Shown here one piece after another: positions 34,444 to 45,127 of a stretch of DNA of 64,000 bases. The position numbers and the translations under genes were made by a program. Origin of the DNA: Pseudomonadota bacterium (GTDB lineage Bacteria > Pseudomonadota > Gammaproteobacteria > Nevskiales > Nevskiaceae); contig JBBTCH010000003.1 of assembly GCA_038043245.1 (NCBI GenBank), positions 100,601 to 164,600 on the forward strand. The letters are read 5' to 3'. Under the pieces are notes generated by a model. That model worked only from the letters and a program-made list of their open reading frames with translations, had not been told where the DNA came from and ran no database searches. The first letter of the stretch is position 1, and the number at the start of each line of letters is the position of its first letter.

Positions 34444-37400
34444 ATGAAAACCCCCAGCTTCATCTTTGAAGCCGCGTTGCCAAAGCGTGACGCGCTGCGG
34501 CAGGCGATTTCGGCGCATTGGCTGGCGGATGAGACCGCGCTGATCGGCCGATTGATAACAACGGCTGAACTCTCGGCGTCGCAGACCTCCGAAGTGCAGA
34601 AACACGCGGCGGACTGGGTGCGCCGTGTGCGCACGCTCAAGAGCGAGCAGTCGCCGCTGGACGCGTTCATGCAGCAATACGATCTGTCGTCGGAAGAAGG
34701 CGTGCTGCTGATGTGTCTGGCCGAGGCGCTGCTGCGCATCCCCGACGACGCGACCGCCGAAAAACTCATTGCCGACAAACTCGGCGGCGCGGCCTGGGAA
34801 CGGCACCTCGGTCAGTCCGATTCGCTGTTCGTCAATGCCAGTACCTGGGGGCTGATGCTGACCGGCCGCATCGTCAAGCTGTCGCCGGAGACGGTGTCGA
34901 ATTTTCGCGGCGCGCTCGGCCGGCTGGTCGGCAAATCGTCCGAGCCGGTGATCAAGCTCGCCGTGCGCCAGGCGATGCGCATGATGGGCTCGCAGTTCGT
35001 GATGGGCCGCAGCATCGCGGAAGCGTTGAAGAACGCGCAGTCCAAATCGCATCGTGCCTATCTGCACAGCTACGACATGCTCGGCGAGGCGGCGCTGACC
35101 GCCGCCGACGCCGAGCGTTATTTCAAGGCGTATCAGGATGCCATTGCCGCTATCGGCAAAGGCGCGCCGGAAGGATCCGTGTTCACGCGCCCGGGTATCT
35201 CGATCAAATTGTCAGCGCTGCATCCGCGCTATGAGTTTGCGAAAAGTGCGCGTGTGCGAGCCGAGCTGACACCCAAACTCCTGCGGCTCGCGCAGCAGGC
35301 GAAAAAAGAGAACATTGGTCTGACGGTGGACGCCGAAGAAGCGGACCGATTGGAACTGTCGCTGGACCTGATCGAAGCGGTCTATCGCGATGACTCGCTG
35401 TCGGGTTGGGAAGGCTTCGGCCTCGCCGTACAGGCGTTCCAGAAGCGCGGACTGTTCGTCATCGATTGGCTGGAAGCGCTGGCACGCAAGACGGGCCGGA
35501 AACTGTGTGTGCGCCTGGTCAAGGGCGCCTATTGGGACACCGAGGTCAAGCGCGCTCAGGAGCAGGGGCTGGCCGGGTATCCGTGCTTCACGCGCAAGGT
35601 CAACACCGATGTGGCGTATCTGGCCTGCGCCCGCAGACTGCTGGCGGCGCGCGACGTGTTCTACCCGATGCTCGCCACCCATAACGCGCACACGGTGGCG
35701 GCGGTGCGCGCCTATGCGGGCGCAGACGGCGGCTATGAATTCCAGCGCTTGCACGGCATGGGCGAGGCGCTTTACGACGTCGTCAAAAAGGATGTAAACG
35801 TGCCCTGCCGCGTGTATGCGCCGGTGGGTTCGCACGAAGAGCTGTTGCCCTATCTGGTGCGTCGCCTGCTCGAAAACGGCGCCAATACGTCGTTCGTCAA
35901 TCGCATCTTCGACGAGGCGACTCCACCGGAGAAACTGGTGGCGGATCCGGTGGCGATGGTGAAAGCGCTCGCCAACAAAACCAATCCCGTCTTGCAGTTG
36001 CCCGCAGATCTATTCGGCGACGAGCGTAAAAATTCGCTCGGATTCAATCTCTACAGCGAGCAAGAACTCATCACCCTCTCCGAACAACTGGGCCGTCATG
36101 CCCGTGAAGACGGACGCCTGGCGGGCAAGCAGGAAAAAATCACCAACCCTGCCGATCGCCGCCAGGTCATCGGCGAATGGCAGCCCCTGCCGCTGGCGCA
36201 AGCGGCAGCCGTCGTTGAGACAGCGTTTGCGGCGTATGCGGACTGGAACGCAATGCCGATCGAGCAGCGTGCCCGGATTCTGGGCAAGGCCGCCGAGGCG
36301 CTGGAAAAACAGCAAGCGCAGTTTCTGTATCTGCTGATCCGCGAGGCCGGCAAAACACTGAGCGATGCCAACGCCGAAGTGCGCGAAGCGGTGGACTTCC
36401 TGCGCTACTACGCGGCGCAGGCTGAAAAAACCTTGCGCACGGTAACCCTGACGGGTCCTACCGGTGAGCACAACGAGCTGCAACTGCATGGCAAGGGCGT
36501 TTTCGTCTGCATCTCGCCGTGGAATTTCCCGCTGGCCATTTTTACCGGCCAGATCGCGGCGGCGCTGGTCGCTGGTAACGCGGTGGTCGCAAAACCCGCC
36601 GAGCAGACGCCGCTGATCGCGCAGGCGATGACCGCGCTGCTGCACCAGGCTGGAATCCCTCGCGAAGCATTGCAGTTGGCACTGGGCGAGGGCGACCTCG
36701 GGGCCGCGCTGACCCGGGATCCGCGCATCGCGGGCGTGGCGTTCACCGGCTCGGTCGAGGTGGCGCAGCTCATCAACCGCGCGCTGGCTGCGCGCAAGGG
36801 GCCGATCGCCACCCTGATCGCCGAAACCGGCGGCCAGAACGCGATGATCGTGGATTCCTCAGCGCTGCCCGAGCAGGTGGTGAAGGACGCGATCCACTCT
36901 GCCTTCTATTCCGCGGGCCAGCGTTGCAGCGCCTTGCGCGTGCTGTTCCTGCAGGAAGACATCGCGGATAAGACTCTGCACATGCTCAAGGGCGCGATGC
37001 AGGAGTTGACGATCGGCGACCCGGCTTTGCTTGCCACCGATATCGGCCCGGTGATTGACGAAGCGGCGCGGGTACGGTTGCAACAACACGCGGCAGCGAT
37101 GAAACAATCCGCAACCTTGATTGAACATCTGCCGTTGCCGGACGACTGCGCGCACGGCACTTACTTCGCGCCCTGCGCGGTGGAAATCGACCACATCGGT
37201 CAGCTCGACGGCGAGTATTTCGGTCCTTTCCTGCATGTCGTTCGCTACGCTGCAAAAGACCTGGAAACAATCGTCGGCGAGATCAACGCCACCGGCTTTG
37301 GCCTGACGCTGGGCGTGCATTCGCGCATCGAGAGTACGTGGAGAAACGTGCAGACCCTGGCGCGCGTCGGCAACTGCTACATCAATCGCGGCATGACCGG

Positions 37401-37566
37401 CGCGGTGGTGGGCGTGCAGCCGTTCGGCGGCGAAGGCTTGTCCGGCACTGGCCCCAAGGCGGGTGGACCGCATTACCTCTTGCGATTCGTCAACGAACGC
37501 ACGCTGACGGTGAATACCGCTGCCGTTGGCGGCAATGCGCGCTTGCTAGCGGCGGGCGGCGACTGA
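34444..37566 (+). CDS. putA: Bifunctional proline dehydrogenase / P5C dehydrogenase PutA (no RHH domain)
   Basis: 1040 aa. PRODH barrel (HSYDMLGEA, VRLVKGAYWD) plus ALDH domain (FTGSVEVA, ETGGQNAMIVD). Confidence 0.95.
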   Translation: MKTPSFIFEAALPKRDALRQAISAHWLADETALIGRLITTAELSASQTSEVQKHAADWVRRVRTLKSEQSPLDAFMQQYDLSSEEGVLLMCLAEALLRIPDDATAEKLIADKLGGAAWERHLGQSDSLFVNASTWGLMLTGRIVKLSPETVSNFRGALGRLVGKSSEPVIKLAVRQAMRMMGSQFVMGRSIAEALKNAQSKSHRAYLHSYDMLGEAALTAADAERYFKAYQDAIAAIGKGAPEGSVFTRPGISIKLSALHPRYEFAKSARVRAELTPKLLRLAQQAKKENIGLTVDAEEADRLELSLDLIEAVYRDDSLSGWEGFGLAVQAFQKRGLFVIDWLEALARKTGRKLCVRLVKGAYWDTEVKRAQEQGLAGYPCFTRKVNTDVAYLACARRLLAARDVFYPMLATHNAHTVAAVRAYAGADGGYEFQRLHGMGEALYDVVKKDVNVPCRVYAPVGSHEELLPYLVRRLLENGANTSFVNRIFDEATPPEKLVADPVAMVKALANKTNPVLQLPADLFGDERKNSLGFNLYSEQELITLSEQLGRHAREDGRLAGKQEKITNPADRRQVIGEWQPLPLAQAAAVVETAFAAYADWNAMPIEQRARILGKAAEALEKQQAQFLYLLIREAGKTLSDANAEVREAVDFLRYYAAQAEKTLRTVTLTGPTGEHNELQLHGKGVFVCISPWNFPLAIFTGQIAAALVAGNAVVAKPAEQTPLIAQAMTALLHQAGIPREALQLALGEGDLGAALTRDPRIAGVAFTGSVEVAQLINRALAARKGPIATLIAETGGQNAMIVDSSALPEQVVKDAIHSAFYSAGQRCSALRVLFLQEDIADKTLHMLKGAMQELTIGDPALLATDIGPVIDEAARVRLQQHAAAMKQSATLIEHLPLPDDCAHGTYFAPCAVEIDHIGQLDGEYFGPFLHVVRYAAKDLETIVGEINATGFGLTLGVHSRIESTWRNVQTLARVGNCYINRGMTGAVVGVQPFGGEGLSGTGPKAGGPHYLLRFVNERTLTVNTAAVGGNARLLAAGGD

Positions 37567-37776
37567 TTCGCGCAGACTGAGGGTACAGTCGAAACGCGGG
37601 CCTTGGTGGCCGGTGTCATCACACCAGCGCGGCGTCAGCGCCGGCGAGTCGGTCAGTCGTATCGTGGCTGGGCTGGCGATGGCGAGGCCCTCGCCTGACT
37701 GTGCGAGCCACAGGCCGATGATGCAGCCCGCTGCCAGCAGCAAAACCACCTGCAGGCGCTTGAGGCGCAGGCGCAT
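37546..37776 (-). CDS. Possible small lipoprotein (76 aa), convergent and overlapping the putA 3' end
   Basis: MRLRLKRLQVVLLLAAGC signal/lipobox-like N-terminus and GC-rich third positions. No recognisable family. Confidence 0.3.
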   Translation of the reverse strand: MRLRLKRLQVVLLLAAGCIIGLWLAQSGEGLAIASPATIRLTDSPALTPRWCDDTGHQGPRFDCTLSLRESVAARR

Positions 37777-37926
37777 CAGCAGTTGATGCTCATCGTAGAT
37801 TCGTAACATGCGCACAGAATGCAGCCGTGGGATCACGGCAGGTGCAGGGCAGTAGCTTTTATCCGCATGCGCGCGGAACCGAAGCGTTCTTGGCGGGCAA
37901 GGATTTTTCGGCACAATGCCGCCCCC

Positions 37927-39297
37927 ATGTCGTTCTCCACCGAAGTTTCGACCAATCTCAAGCTGGCGCTGCCAATCATCGCTGCGCAACTCACCTTCAT
38001 GGGTTTTGGCGTCGCCGACACGGTGATGGCCGGGCGCCTCGGGGGTCAGGCGCTGGCCGCCATCGCGGTGGGCGCGAACATCTGGATGCAGCCGTTCGTG
38101 TTCTTCATGGGCTTGGCGATGGCGATCTCGGCCATTGTTTCGCACCGGCTTGGCGCCGGAAATGCGCCCGGCAGCATCGGCACGTTCTTGCGCAGCGCAC
38201 TGGGCTTGGCGCTATTGCAGGGCTTGGTATGGATGTTGATCGTCCGGCTGGCGGCGGCGCCGGTGATTCAGATGCTGGCACTGGACCACTCCACCGCGCA
38301 GCTGGCGCTCGACTATCTGTTGGCCGAAAGCTGGAGTGCGCCCTTGTTCTGCATCTGTTTCGCGCTGCGCAACACCATCGAAGGCGTCGGCGTCACCGCT
38401 GCGATCTTCGTCACAGGATTGTGCGGCCTCGCCGTGAAGATCCTGTTCAATCACCTGCTGCTGGATGAGTTCGGCGCGGTCGGTTTCGGCTGGTCGGCCG
38501 TGATCGCCTCGGTCGTGATGGTGGCGGTGTATCTGACGCAGTACGCCGTGTGGCCACGCTTGCGCGCCTTGCAGCTGTTCGAGCGTGCGTCGGCGGTTAG
38601 CACTGCGCAGGCGCTGGAAATGTTGCGGCTGGGCCTGCCGATCGGACTGATCCTGCTCGCTGAAGTCGCGTTCTTCGGCATCACTTCGCTGCTGATGGCG
38701 CGCTTTGGCGCCGAGGCGGTGGCGGCACATCAGATCGCCATCAACTTCGCTTCGATCATGTTCATGGTGCCGCTCGGTGTGGCGCTGGCCACCACCGTGC
38801 GCGTCGGCCATGCCGCCGGCGCAGGCGCGTTCGGTGCGGCCCTGCTCCGCGGCAAAACCGGCATGGGGCTGGGTCTGGTCTTCGCCTTGTTCTCGGCGGC
38901 GTTGATGGGTCTCAAACCGGAATGGATCACTGCGCTCTATATCGAAGACGGCGCGGTCGCTGCGCAGGCTCAGACTTTTCTGCGTTTTGCCGCACTGTTC
39001 CAGTTGGCCGACTGTCTGCAGGCCACCGCCAACGGTGCCCTGCGCGGACTCAAGGACACACGCATGCCGATGCTGATCACGCTCACCGCGTACTGGCTCA
39101 TCGGCATGCCGTTCGCCTACAGCCTCGCCTTCCATTTCGGCTACGGGCCGAACGCGCTGTGGTGGGGATTCATCCTCGGCCTGGCGCTGGCGGGTGCCGG
39201 GTTGTCGTGGCGCTTTTTGCATAAGACCAAACGTTCGTTGGGCGGGCCCCCATCCCCGCCCGCTCGCCGGGCAGGAACTGTCACTGGCAGTCCCTGA
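37927..39297 (+). CDS. MATE-family multidrug efflux transporter (NorM-like)
   Basis: MSFSTEVSTNLKLALPIIAAQLTFMGFGVADTVMAGRLG and 12 hydrophobic segments. The ORF-track N-terminal extension from 37819 was rejected. Confidence 0.9.
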   Translation: MSFSTEVSTNLKLALPIIAAQLTFMGFGVADTVMAGRLGGQALAAIAVGANIWMQPFVFFMGLAMAISAIVSHRLGAGNAPGSIGTFLRSALGLALLQGLVWMLIVRLAAAPVIQMLALDHSTAQLALDYLLAESWSAPLFCICFALRNTIEGVGVTAAIFVTGLCGLAVKILFNHLLLDEFGAVGFGWSAVIASVVMVAVYLTQYAVWPRLRALQLFERASAVSTAQALEMLRLGLPIGLILLAEVAFFGITSLLMARFGAEAVAAHQIAINFASIMFMVPLGVALATTVRVGHAAGAGAFGAALLRGKTGMGLGLVFALFSAALMGLKPEWITALYIEDGAVAAQAQTFLRFAALFQLADCLQATANGALRGLKDTRMPMLITLTAYWLIGMPFAYSLAFHFGYGPNALWWGFILGLALAGAGLSWRFLHKTKRSLGGPPSPPARRAGTVTGSP

Positions 39298-39372
39298 AAT
39301 CCCCGGCTTGCTGGCTTGATATTGACGCCAGCGGGCGCATGATTCACCTCCCGCTGCGAACGGAGAACCAAC

Positions 39373-40005
39373 ATGGCACTGCAACTGGGCGACATCGCTC
39401 CTGATTTCGAAGCCGAAACCACTGCTGGCAAGATCAAATTTCACGACTGGCTTGGCACCTCCTGGGGCGTGCTGTTTTCGCACCCGAAGAACTACACGCC
39501 GGTCTGCACCACCGAGCTCGGCTATACCGCCAAGCTCAAGCCCGAGTTCGACAAGCGCAACGTCAAGGCCATCGGTCTTTCGGTGGACCAGCTGGCGGAC
39601 CACCACGGCTGGAGCAAGGACATCGAAGAGACGCAAGGTCACGCACTGAATTTTCCGCTGATCGCCGACTCGGACAAAAAGGTCTCGACGCTCTACGGCA
39701 TGATCCATCCGAACGCCAGCGACACCTTTACCGTGCGCAGCGTGTTCGTGATTGATCCGAACAAAAAGATTCGTCTGACGCTGACCTACCCGGCCAGCAC
39801 CGGCCGCAACTTCGATGAAATCCTGCGGGTGCTTGATTCGCTGCAGCTCACCGATAAGCAGAAGTTGGCCACGCCGGTGAACTGGAAGCCGGGCGAGGAC
39901 GCGATCATCGTGCCGTCGCTGAAGGACGAAGACGCGAAGAAGCTGTTCCCGCAGGGTTGGAAGACCCTCAAACCCTATTTAAGGATCGTCAAACCCAAGG
40001 TCTAA
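39373..40005 (+). CDS. 1-Cys peroxiredoxin (Prx6-like)
   Basis: LGDIAPDFEAETTAGKIKFHDWLG..WGVLFSHPKNYTPVCTTELG. Confidence 0.9.
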   Translation: MALQLGDIAPDFEAETTAGKIKFHDWLGTSWGVLFSHPKNYTPVCTTELGYTAKLKPEFDKRNVKAIGLSVDQLADHHGWSKDIEETQGHALNFPLIADSDKKVSTLYGMIHPNASDTFTVRSVFVIDPNKKIRLTLTYPASTGRNFDEILRVLDSLQLTDKQKLATPVNWKPGEDAIIVPSLKDEDAKKLFPQGWKTLKPYLRIVKPKV

Positions 40006-41531
40006 ATCTCAAAGCTGACGCCCTGAGCCAGCGGCAGTGTCTTGCCGTAGTTGATCGTATTGGTCGCGCGGCGCATGTAAGCCTTCCAGGAATCGGAGCC
40101 GGACTCGCGGCCGCCGCCGGTTTCCTTTTCGCCGCCGAAGGCGCCGCCGATTTCCGCGCCCGAGGTGCCGATATTGACGTTGGCGATGCCGCAGTCCGAG
40201 CCTTCGGCCGACAGGAATCTCTCGGCTTCGCGCAGATCGGTGGTGAAGATCGAGGACGACAGCCCCTGGCCCACTGCGTTGTGCAATCGGATGGCCTGGT
40301 CGAGGTCGCGGTACTTCATGACGTAGAGAATCGGCGCAAACGTCTCCTCGCAGACCACCGGCGCCTGCGTCTTCATTTCCACCAGCGCCGGCTGTACGTA
40401 ATACGCATTCGCGCCGCCCACGCTGACCCGCGCGCCGCCGGAAATGCGACCCCCGGATTTTTTTGCCTGCGCCAGCGCGGTTTGCATGCGCTGGTAAGCC
40501 GCGGCGTCAATCAGCGGGCCGACCAGGGATTGGGGCGAACGCGGATCGCCGATTGCGACCGAGGCATAGGCCTGCCTCAGGCTTTTGACGAAGCGGTCGT
40601 AAATGGTCTCGTGCACGAACAAGCGGCGCAGGGACGTGCAGCGCTGACCGGCGGTGCCCATCGCGGCGAAAGCGACGCCGCGCAGCGCCAGCGCCAGATC
40701 GGCGGACGGCGCGATGATGGCGGCGTTGTTGCCGCCGAGTTCCAGGATCGGGCGCGCGAAACGCGCAGCAAGGCGCGGGCCGACGGCGCGGCCCATGGCG
40801 GTGGAGCCGGTCGCGGACAGCACCGCGACACGCGCGTCATCCACCAAGGCTTCGCCAACAGCCTTGCTGCCGAGCATCAAGATCGAAAGATCCTTGGGTG
40901 CATCCGCAAAGCGTGCGGCAGCGCGTGCGAACAGGGCGTGTAACGCGAGTGCGGTGAGCGGCGCCTTCTCGGAAGGTTTCCAGATCACCGAATTGCCGCA
41001 GACCAGCGCCAGCGCGGCGTTCCAGGCCCAGACGGCGGCCGGGAAATTGAAGGCGGTGATGATCCCGGTCACGCCCATCGGGTGCCAGGTTTCCTGCATG
41101 CGGTGCAAGGGACGCTCGGAGGCGATGGTCAGGCCGTGCAGCTGGCGCGAAAGGCCCACGGCAAAATCGCAGATATCAATGATCTCCTGCACTTCGCCGA
41201 GACCTTCGGAAGTAATCTTGCCGGCTTCGAGCGTGATCAAACGGCCCAAGTCCGTTTTGGCCGCTCGCACTTCTTCGGCGAACAGACGCACCAGCTCGCC
41301 ACGCCGCGGCGCCGGCACGCTGCACCAGGCGAGGAAGGCCGCGTGCGATTTGGCAATGCCGGCTCGGGCCTGGGCCGCGTTCAATTCGGTGACCCGGCCG
41401 ATGACTTCGCCGGTGATGGGGGTGCGCACGACGCAGTCGCCCGAGGAAAATGATCGCGCAGGTACGCCCAGCCGTTGCAACAGAGGCTTGATCTCGACAG
41501 TCACCGCCGCAGGAGAGGATGGTTTCTTCAT
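40002..41531 (-). CDS. amaB: ALDH7-type aldehyde dehydrogenase (aminoadipate-semialdehyde / piperideine-6-carboxylate dehydrogenase)
   Basis: The C-terminal GIANVNIGTSGAEIGGAFGGEKETGGGRESGSDSWKAYMRRATNTINY closely recalls antiquitin/AmaB. Confidence 0.8.
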   Translation of the reverse strand: MKKPSSPAAVTVEIKPLLQRLGVPARSFSSGDCVVRTPITGEVIGRVTELNAAQARAGIAKSHAAFLAWCSVPAPRRGELVRLFAEEVRAAKTDLGRLITLEAGKITSEGLGEVQEIIDICDFAVGLSRQLHGLTIASERPLHRMQETWHPMGVTGIITAFNFPAAVWAWNAALALVCGNSVIWKPSEKAPLTALALHALFARAAARFADAPKDLSILMLGSKAVGEALVDDARVAVLSATGSTAMGRAVGPRLAARFARPILELGGNNAAIIAPSADLALALRGVAFAAMGTAGQRCTSLRRLFVHETIYDRFVKSLRQAYASVAIGDPRSPQSLVGPLIDAAAYQRMQTALAQAKKSGGRISGGARVSVGGANAYYVQPALVEMKTQAPVVCEETFAPILYVMKYRDLDQAIRLHNAVGQGLSSSIFTTDLREAERFLSAEGSDCGIANVNIGTSGAEIGGAFGGEKETGGGRESGSDSWKAYMRRATNTINYGKTLPLAQGVSFEI

Positions 41532-42943
41532 GGTTTTTTGTCTTGGTCGCCGAAATGGATGGCGCCAAGTTCGCCCGTGGCGAACAGGCGCTGGATGGCG
41601 CCGGCGAGGCGTCGTTGCTGTGCCGGCTTGTAACGGTCGTACCAGTCCTGGTTGGCGCGGCCCAGGCCATGTTCGCCGCTGAAGCTGCCGCCGAATTTCT
41701 GCACCAGTTCTTCAATCACGAAATTGCGCAATGCCGCGACTCGCGCTGCGTCCGCCGGTGCCTGTGCCAGCAGATTGAAATGCAAGCCGCCGTCGCCGAT
41801 ATGGCCGAAGTCACAGATCTGGAAATCCGGGAATTGCGCGGCCAGCAGCGCCTTCATGTGGCTGCGAAATCTCGGAATGTCCGCGCGGCGTACGGCGAGA
41901 TCAAAGCCCACCACCTGGCCCGTGCTGCGCAGACCCTCGCTCAGGGAATGGCGGAGGTCCCACAAGTTCTTCTCGCGGCCGATATAGGCGTCGCGCAGCA
42001 GACCGCTCGCCAGCAAGGGTTCGATGCAGCGCGCGAGTACGTCCTCCAGTGTCTGCTCGCCCTCGCGGGACACCCAACTGCGGGAAAGCTCCACCAACAC
42101 CGAATAGTCGGGGATGGGATTCCGGCCGAAGGGGTTGGTCAGGCGCGGAAAATGCCTGAGCACATGTTCCAGCACGCCTTGTGACATCCCCTCGAAGGCG
42201 CTCAGGTATTCGCCAGCACCGGTTTCCAGTGCGGTCAGCAACTCCAGGATCGCGTCGTCGTCGCGCGGCACCAGCAGCGCGCCAGCAGTCTGCTGCGGGC
42301 GGCGGTGTACTTCGAGCTCGGCGCGCGTGATCACGCCGAGCGCGCCGTTGGAGGCCACGAACAGCTGCTTGAGATCCAAACCGGTGTTGTCCTTGCGCAG
42401 GCCAGACCCAAGTTTCAAAACAGTGCCTTGTTTGTCGGCCAGCACCACCTCGATGCCGCACAGGTTGCGGCGCACGTCGCCGTAACGGATGAAACGCGCG
42501 CCGCCAGTGTTGGTCGCGATCATGCCGCCAATCGCGGGGTCGGAGCCGAGGTCAATCGGAAACCAGAGTCCATGCGGTTCCAGCGCGGCGTTGAGCGCGG
42601 ACAGGCGCACGCCGGCGTCCACCGACACGGTGCGATTGGCCGCGTCAACCTCGATGACCTTGTTAAGCCGGGAGAGACTCAGTACCAGTTCCGTGCCGCT
42701 GGCGTCCGGCGTTGAAGCGCCGACAAGGCCGGTGTTGCCACCCTGCGGAATCACCCGCAGACGATGCCGCGTGCAATACGCCAATACCTGTGAAACCTCG
42801 CCGGTGCTGGCCGGTCGCAGCACCGCCGCAGCCTTGCCCGCACCATGGCGTTGCGGCATTTCGTAGCTTTGCCGCGCGCCAGAGTCGGTGATGAGTCCTT
42901 GTGCGCCGACGATACCGCGCAGTGCGTCGAGGTGTGGGGTCAA
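41528..42943 (-). CDS. FAD-linked oxidase (GlcD/D-2-hydroxyglutarate dehydrogenase-like)
   Basis: VLRPASTGEVSQVLAYCTRHRLRVIPQGGNTGLVGAS FAD-binding-4 motif. A TTG start at 42943 overlaps the upstream TGA. The long ORF-track N-terminal extension was rejected. Confidence 0.8.
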   Translation of the reverse strand: MTPHLDALRGIVGAQGLITDSGARQSYEMPQRHGAGKAAAVLRPASTGEVSQVLAYCTRHRLRVIPQGGNTGLVGASTPDASGTELVLSLSRLNKVIEVDAANRTVSVDAGVRLSALNAALEPHGLWFPIDLGSDPAIGGMIATNTGGARFIRYGDVRRNLCGIEVVLADKQGTVLKLGSGLRKDNTGLDLKQLFVASNGALGVITRAELEVHRRPQQTAGALLVPRDDDAILELLTALETGAGEYLSAFEGMSQGVLEHVLRHFPRLTNPFGRNPIPDYSVLVELSRSWVSREGEQTLEDVLARCIEPLLASGLLRDAYIGREKNLWDLRHSLSEGLRSTGQVVGFDLAVRRADIPRFRSHMKALLAAQFPDFQICDFGHIGDGGLHFNLLAQAPADAARVAALRNFVIEELVQKFGGSFSGEHGLGRANQDWYDRYKPAQQRRLAGAIQRLFATGELGAIHFGDQDKKP

Positions 42944-43953
42944 GCGACGGCTTGTGTCATTTTGAATATGCCCTGGGCGTTGGAGCTGTCGAATCCCAGG
43001 TCCAGTTTGCCGGAACCATCGGGCAAGTGGCTGCGCGAGATGAACTCGTAGAACGATCCCGGCACCTCGCGCTCGACGATGTGACCGTCTGGCTGACGGA
43101 ACTGGCGGCGCACCGTGGCGGCGCGAAACGCGGTCTGGCGGATGCGACCGGAGGCGGAGACTTCGATCTGGTCCTTCATTGGCCGGCCGAGGGTTTTCTG
43201 CTCGCTGGCAACCGCCTCGACGTCGGCGACGCGGTCGGTGGCATGGTTGAAGGCGTTGCCCTCGGTGGAGATCCACGCCATCTCGGGAGATTCAGCGGCC
43301 AAGGCTTCGTAATCTTCGATGGAAAGCAATGCGTGCTGGCGGTCGAAACAGGCCACAAGCACAGGTAGCACGGCCACGGCTGTATTAAGCGGCAAGAAAC
43401 CATCACGCTCCAGCCTCGCGAGCGCGGATTGCACGACCGGACTCAGCGGATCGCGTGAACTGGCGGTGACGCGCGCGACGACAGTCTGGAATTGCGGCGA
43501 GAAGCGGTCCGGGTGCAACTCGCTGACAAAGAATTGCGCGATATCCTCGGGAAAATCCTGCTGGGCGTAGCTGCGGCCGGTCATCTTCAGTTTATCCAGC
43601 GGATACACCTCGCGCCTCGCGTAACCCAGCGGGCGCAGCACGCGCAGCAGACTTTCCTCGCCGGCGGGCAGTGTGCCCATGCCGGCGAGGGCGACGGTAC
43701 GCACCGCGCCGTGATCGTGAGTCACGCGCTCGCTGCGCGCCAGACGGTCATTCGCGTAAGCCTGTGCCATCGGCACGCGCGCCAGCAAGTTTTCGAACAA
43801 CAGCATGTTCAGCCCCTGCGCGATCAGTGCGCGCGACACACTCTCACCACAGGTATCGCGCAACGCAGGATGGATGGTTAGAACCTTGAATAGTCCGTTG
43901 CTGCGCTCTTCGCCCAGCATGCGTTGCAGCAACTCGCTGAGCGTGCCGCCCAC
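42940..43953 (-). CDS. hglS: DUF1338-family protein, candidate 2-oxoadipate dioxygenase/decarboxylase (HglS-like)
   Basis: THDHGAVRT, AFNHATDRV and FYEFISR resemble the His/His/Glu metal-site motifs I recall for DUF1338. The context is a lysine-catabolic operon. Confidence 0.6.
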   Translation of the reverse strand: MGGTLSELLQRMLGEERSNGLFKVLTIHPALRDTCGESVSRALIAQGLNMLLFENLLARVPMAQAYANDRLARSERVTHDHGAVRTVALAGMGTLPAGEESLLRVLRPLGYARREVYPLDKLKMTGRSYAQQDFPEDIAQFFVSELHPDRFSPQFQTVVARVTASSRDPLSPVVQSALARLERDGFLPLNTAVAVLPVLVACFDRQHALLSIEDYEALAAESPEMAWISTEGNAFNHATDRVADVEAVASEQKTLGRPMKDQIEVSASGRIRQTAFRAATVRRQFRQPDGHIVEREVPGSFYEFISRSHLPDGSGKLDLGFDSSNAQGIFKMTQAVA

Positions 43954-43955
43954 GG

Positions 43956-45053
43956 TCAGGCCGCCTTGGCCAGCGGTTTATCCGCATAGGCTTTGCCAAA
44001 GCGGTTGGCCAGGAACAAGTCCAGCGGCACGTCTTCCTGCCGCACAAAACCTTTCGACGGGATCTTGCCTTCGCGCAACAAATCCAGCACGCCGCAGATG
44101 CCGGCGGCGGTGGTGATCTGGATGGCGCTGCGCATCACACCATTGATGACCTGACCATAAATCTTGCTGGCATAGGTTTCCTGCACCAGGTGGCCGTTGC
44201 GCAAGCCGCTGACCGTGACAAACACAATCACCACGTCCTGCAGGGTGCTGGGCACGGCGTTCTCGAGAATGTCCTTGAGCACGTCGCGGCGGTCGCGCAG
44301 GCGCAGGTCTTCGAGCAGGGCCTTCATGATCGCCGCATGGCCGGGATAGCGGATCGTGCGGTAATTGAGGTTGCGCACCTTGCCGTTCAGTGTCTCGCAC
44401 AGGGTGCCGAGACCGCCCGAGGTATTGAAGGCCTCATAGGTCACGCCGTCGAGCGAAAACTCCTCGCGTTCCTCCAGCGCCGGCACTTCCTTGAGCTTGC
44501 CGTTGACGATGGCCTCGCAGGGCTCGCAGTACTCGTTGATGACGCCGTCGGTACTCCAGGTCAGGTTGTAGTTGAGCGCATTGGAAGGATATTGCGGCAG
44601 GGCGCCGACGCGCAGGCGAACCTCGTCGAGCGAATCGAAGCGCTTGGCCAGGTCGTAGCCGGCGATGGTGATGAAGCCCGGCGCCAGGCCGCACTGCGGG
44701 ATGAAGGCGGTCTGGGAGTCCTGCGCCAGCTGCTTGACGTGACGGGTGCAGGCCACATCTTCAGTGAGGTCGAGGTAATGCGTGCCGGTGGCGCGTGCGG
44801 CATCGGCGATCAGGCGCGTGAGATGAAACGGCGCAGCGCTGAGCACGGCGAATTTTCCCTCGAGCGCAGCACGCAGGCGCGCGGCGTTCTGGATGTCGAG
44901 TGCCAGCCGCTCCACCGGTGCACTGACCTGCAGCTCGGTCAGCTGGGTGGGCGAGCGGTCCGCCACCGTGACGCGATAGTCGCCGCTGCGCGCCAGCAGG
45001 TCCGCAATCATCGAACCGATCTTGCCGGCGCCAACCACGAGGATGTTTTTCAT
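43956..45053 (-). CDS. Saccharopine dehydrogenase-family enzyme (lysine 6-dehydrogenase-like)
   Basis: MKNILVVGAGKIGSMIADLL Rossmann motif. 365 aa, with a Sacchrp_dh C-terminal-like region. Confidence 0.8.
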   Translation of the reverse strand: MKNILVVGAGKIGSMIADLLARSGDYRVTVADRSPTQLTELQVSAPVERLALDIQNAARLRAALEGKFAVLSAAPFHLTRLIADAARATGTHYLDLTEDVACTRHVKQLAQDSQTAFIPQCGLAPGFITIAGYDLAKRFDSLDEVRLRVGALPQYPSNALNYNLTWSTDGVINEYCEPCEAIVNGKLKEVPALEEREEFSLDGVTYEAFNTSGGLGTLCETLNGKVRNLNYRTIRYPGHAAIMKALLEDLRLRDRRDVLKDILENAVPSTLQDVVIVFVTVSGLRNGHLVQETYASKIYGQVINGVMRSAIQITTAAGICGVLDLLREGKIPSKGFVRQEDVPLDLFLANRFGKAYADKPLAKAA

Positions 45054-45127
45054 GCCTTCATTTTGTACGCGCTTTATCGTCGAAGTGAACAGTAAAAAAG
45101 ACGAAAAAACGGTATCATTTCGTCAGA

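Noticed and set aside
38212-39708. 498-aa minus-strand ORF spanning the MATE transporter and the peroxiredoxin start
   Set aside because: It crosses an intergenic region and lies antisense to two well-supported genes. It has no recognisable domains.
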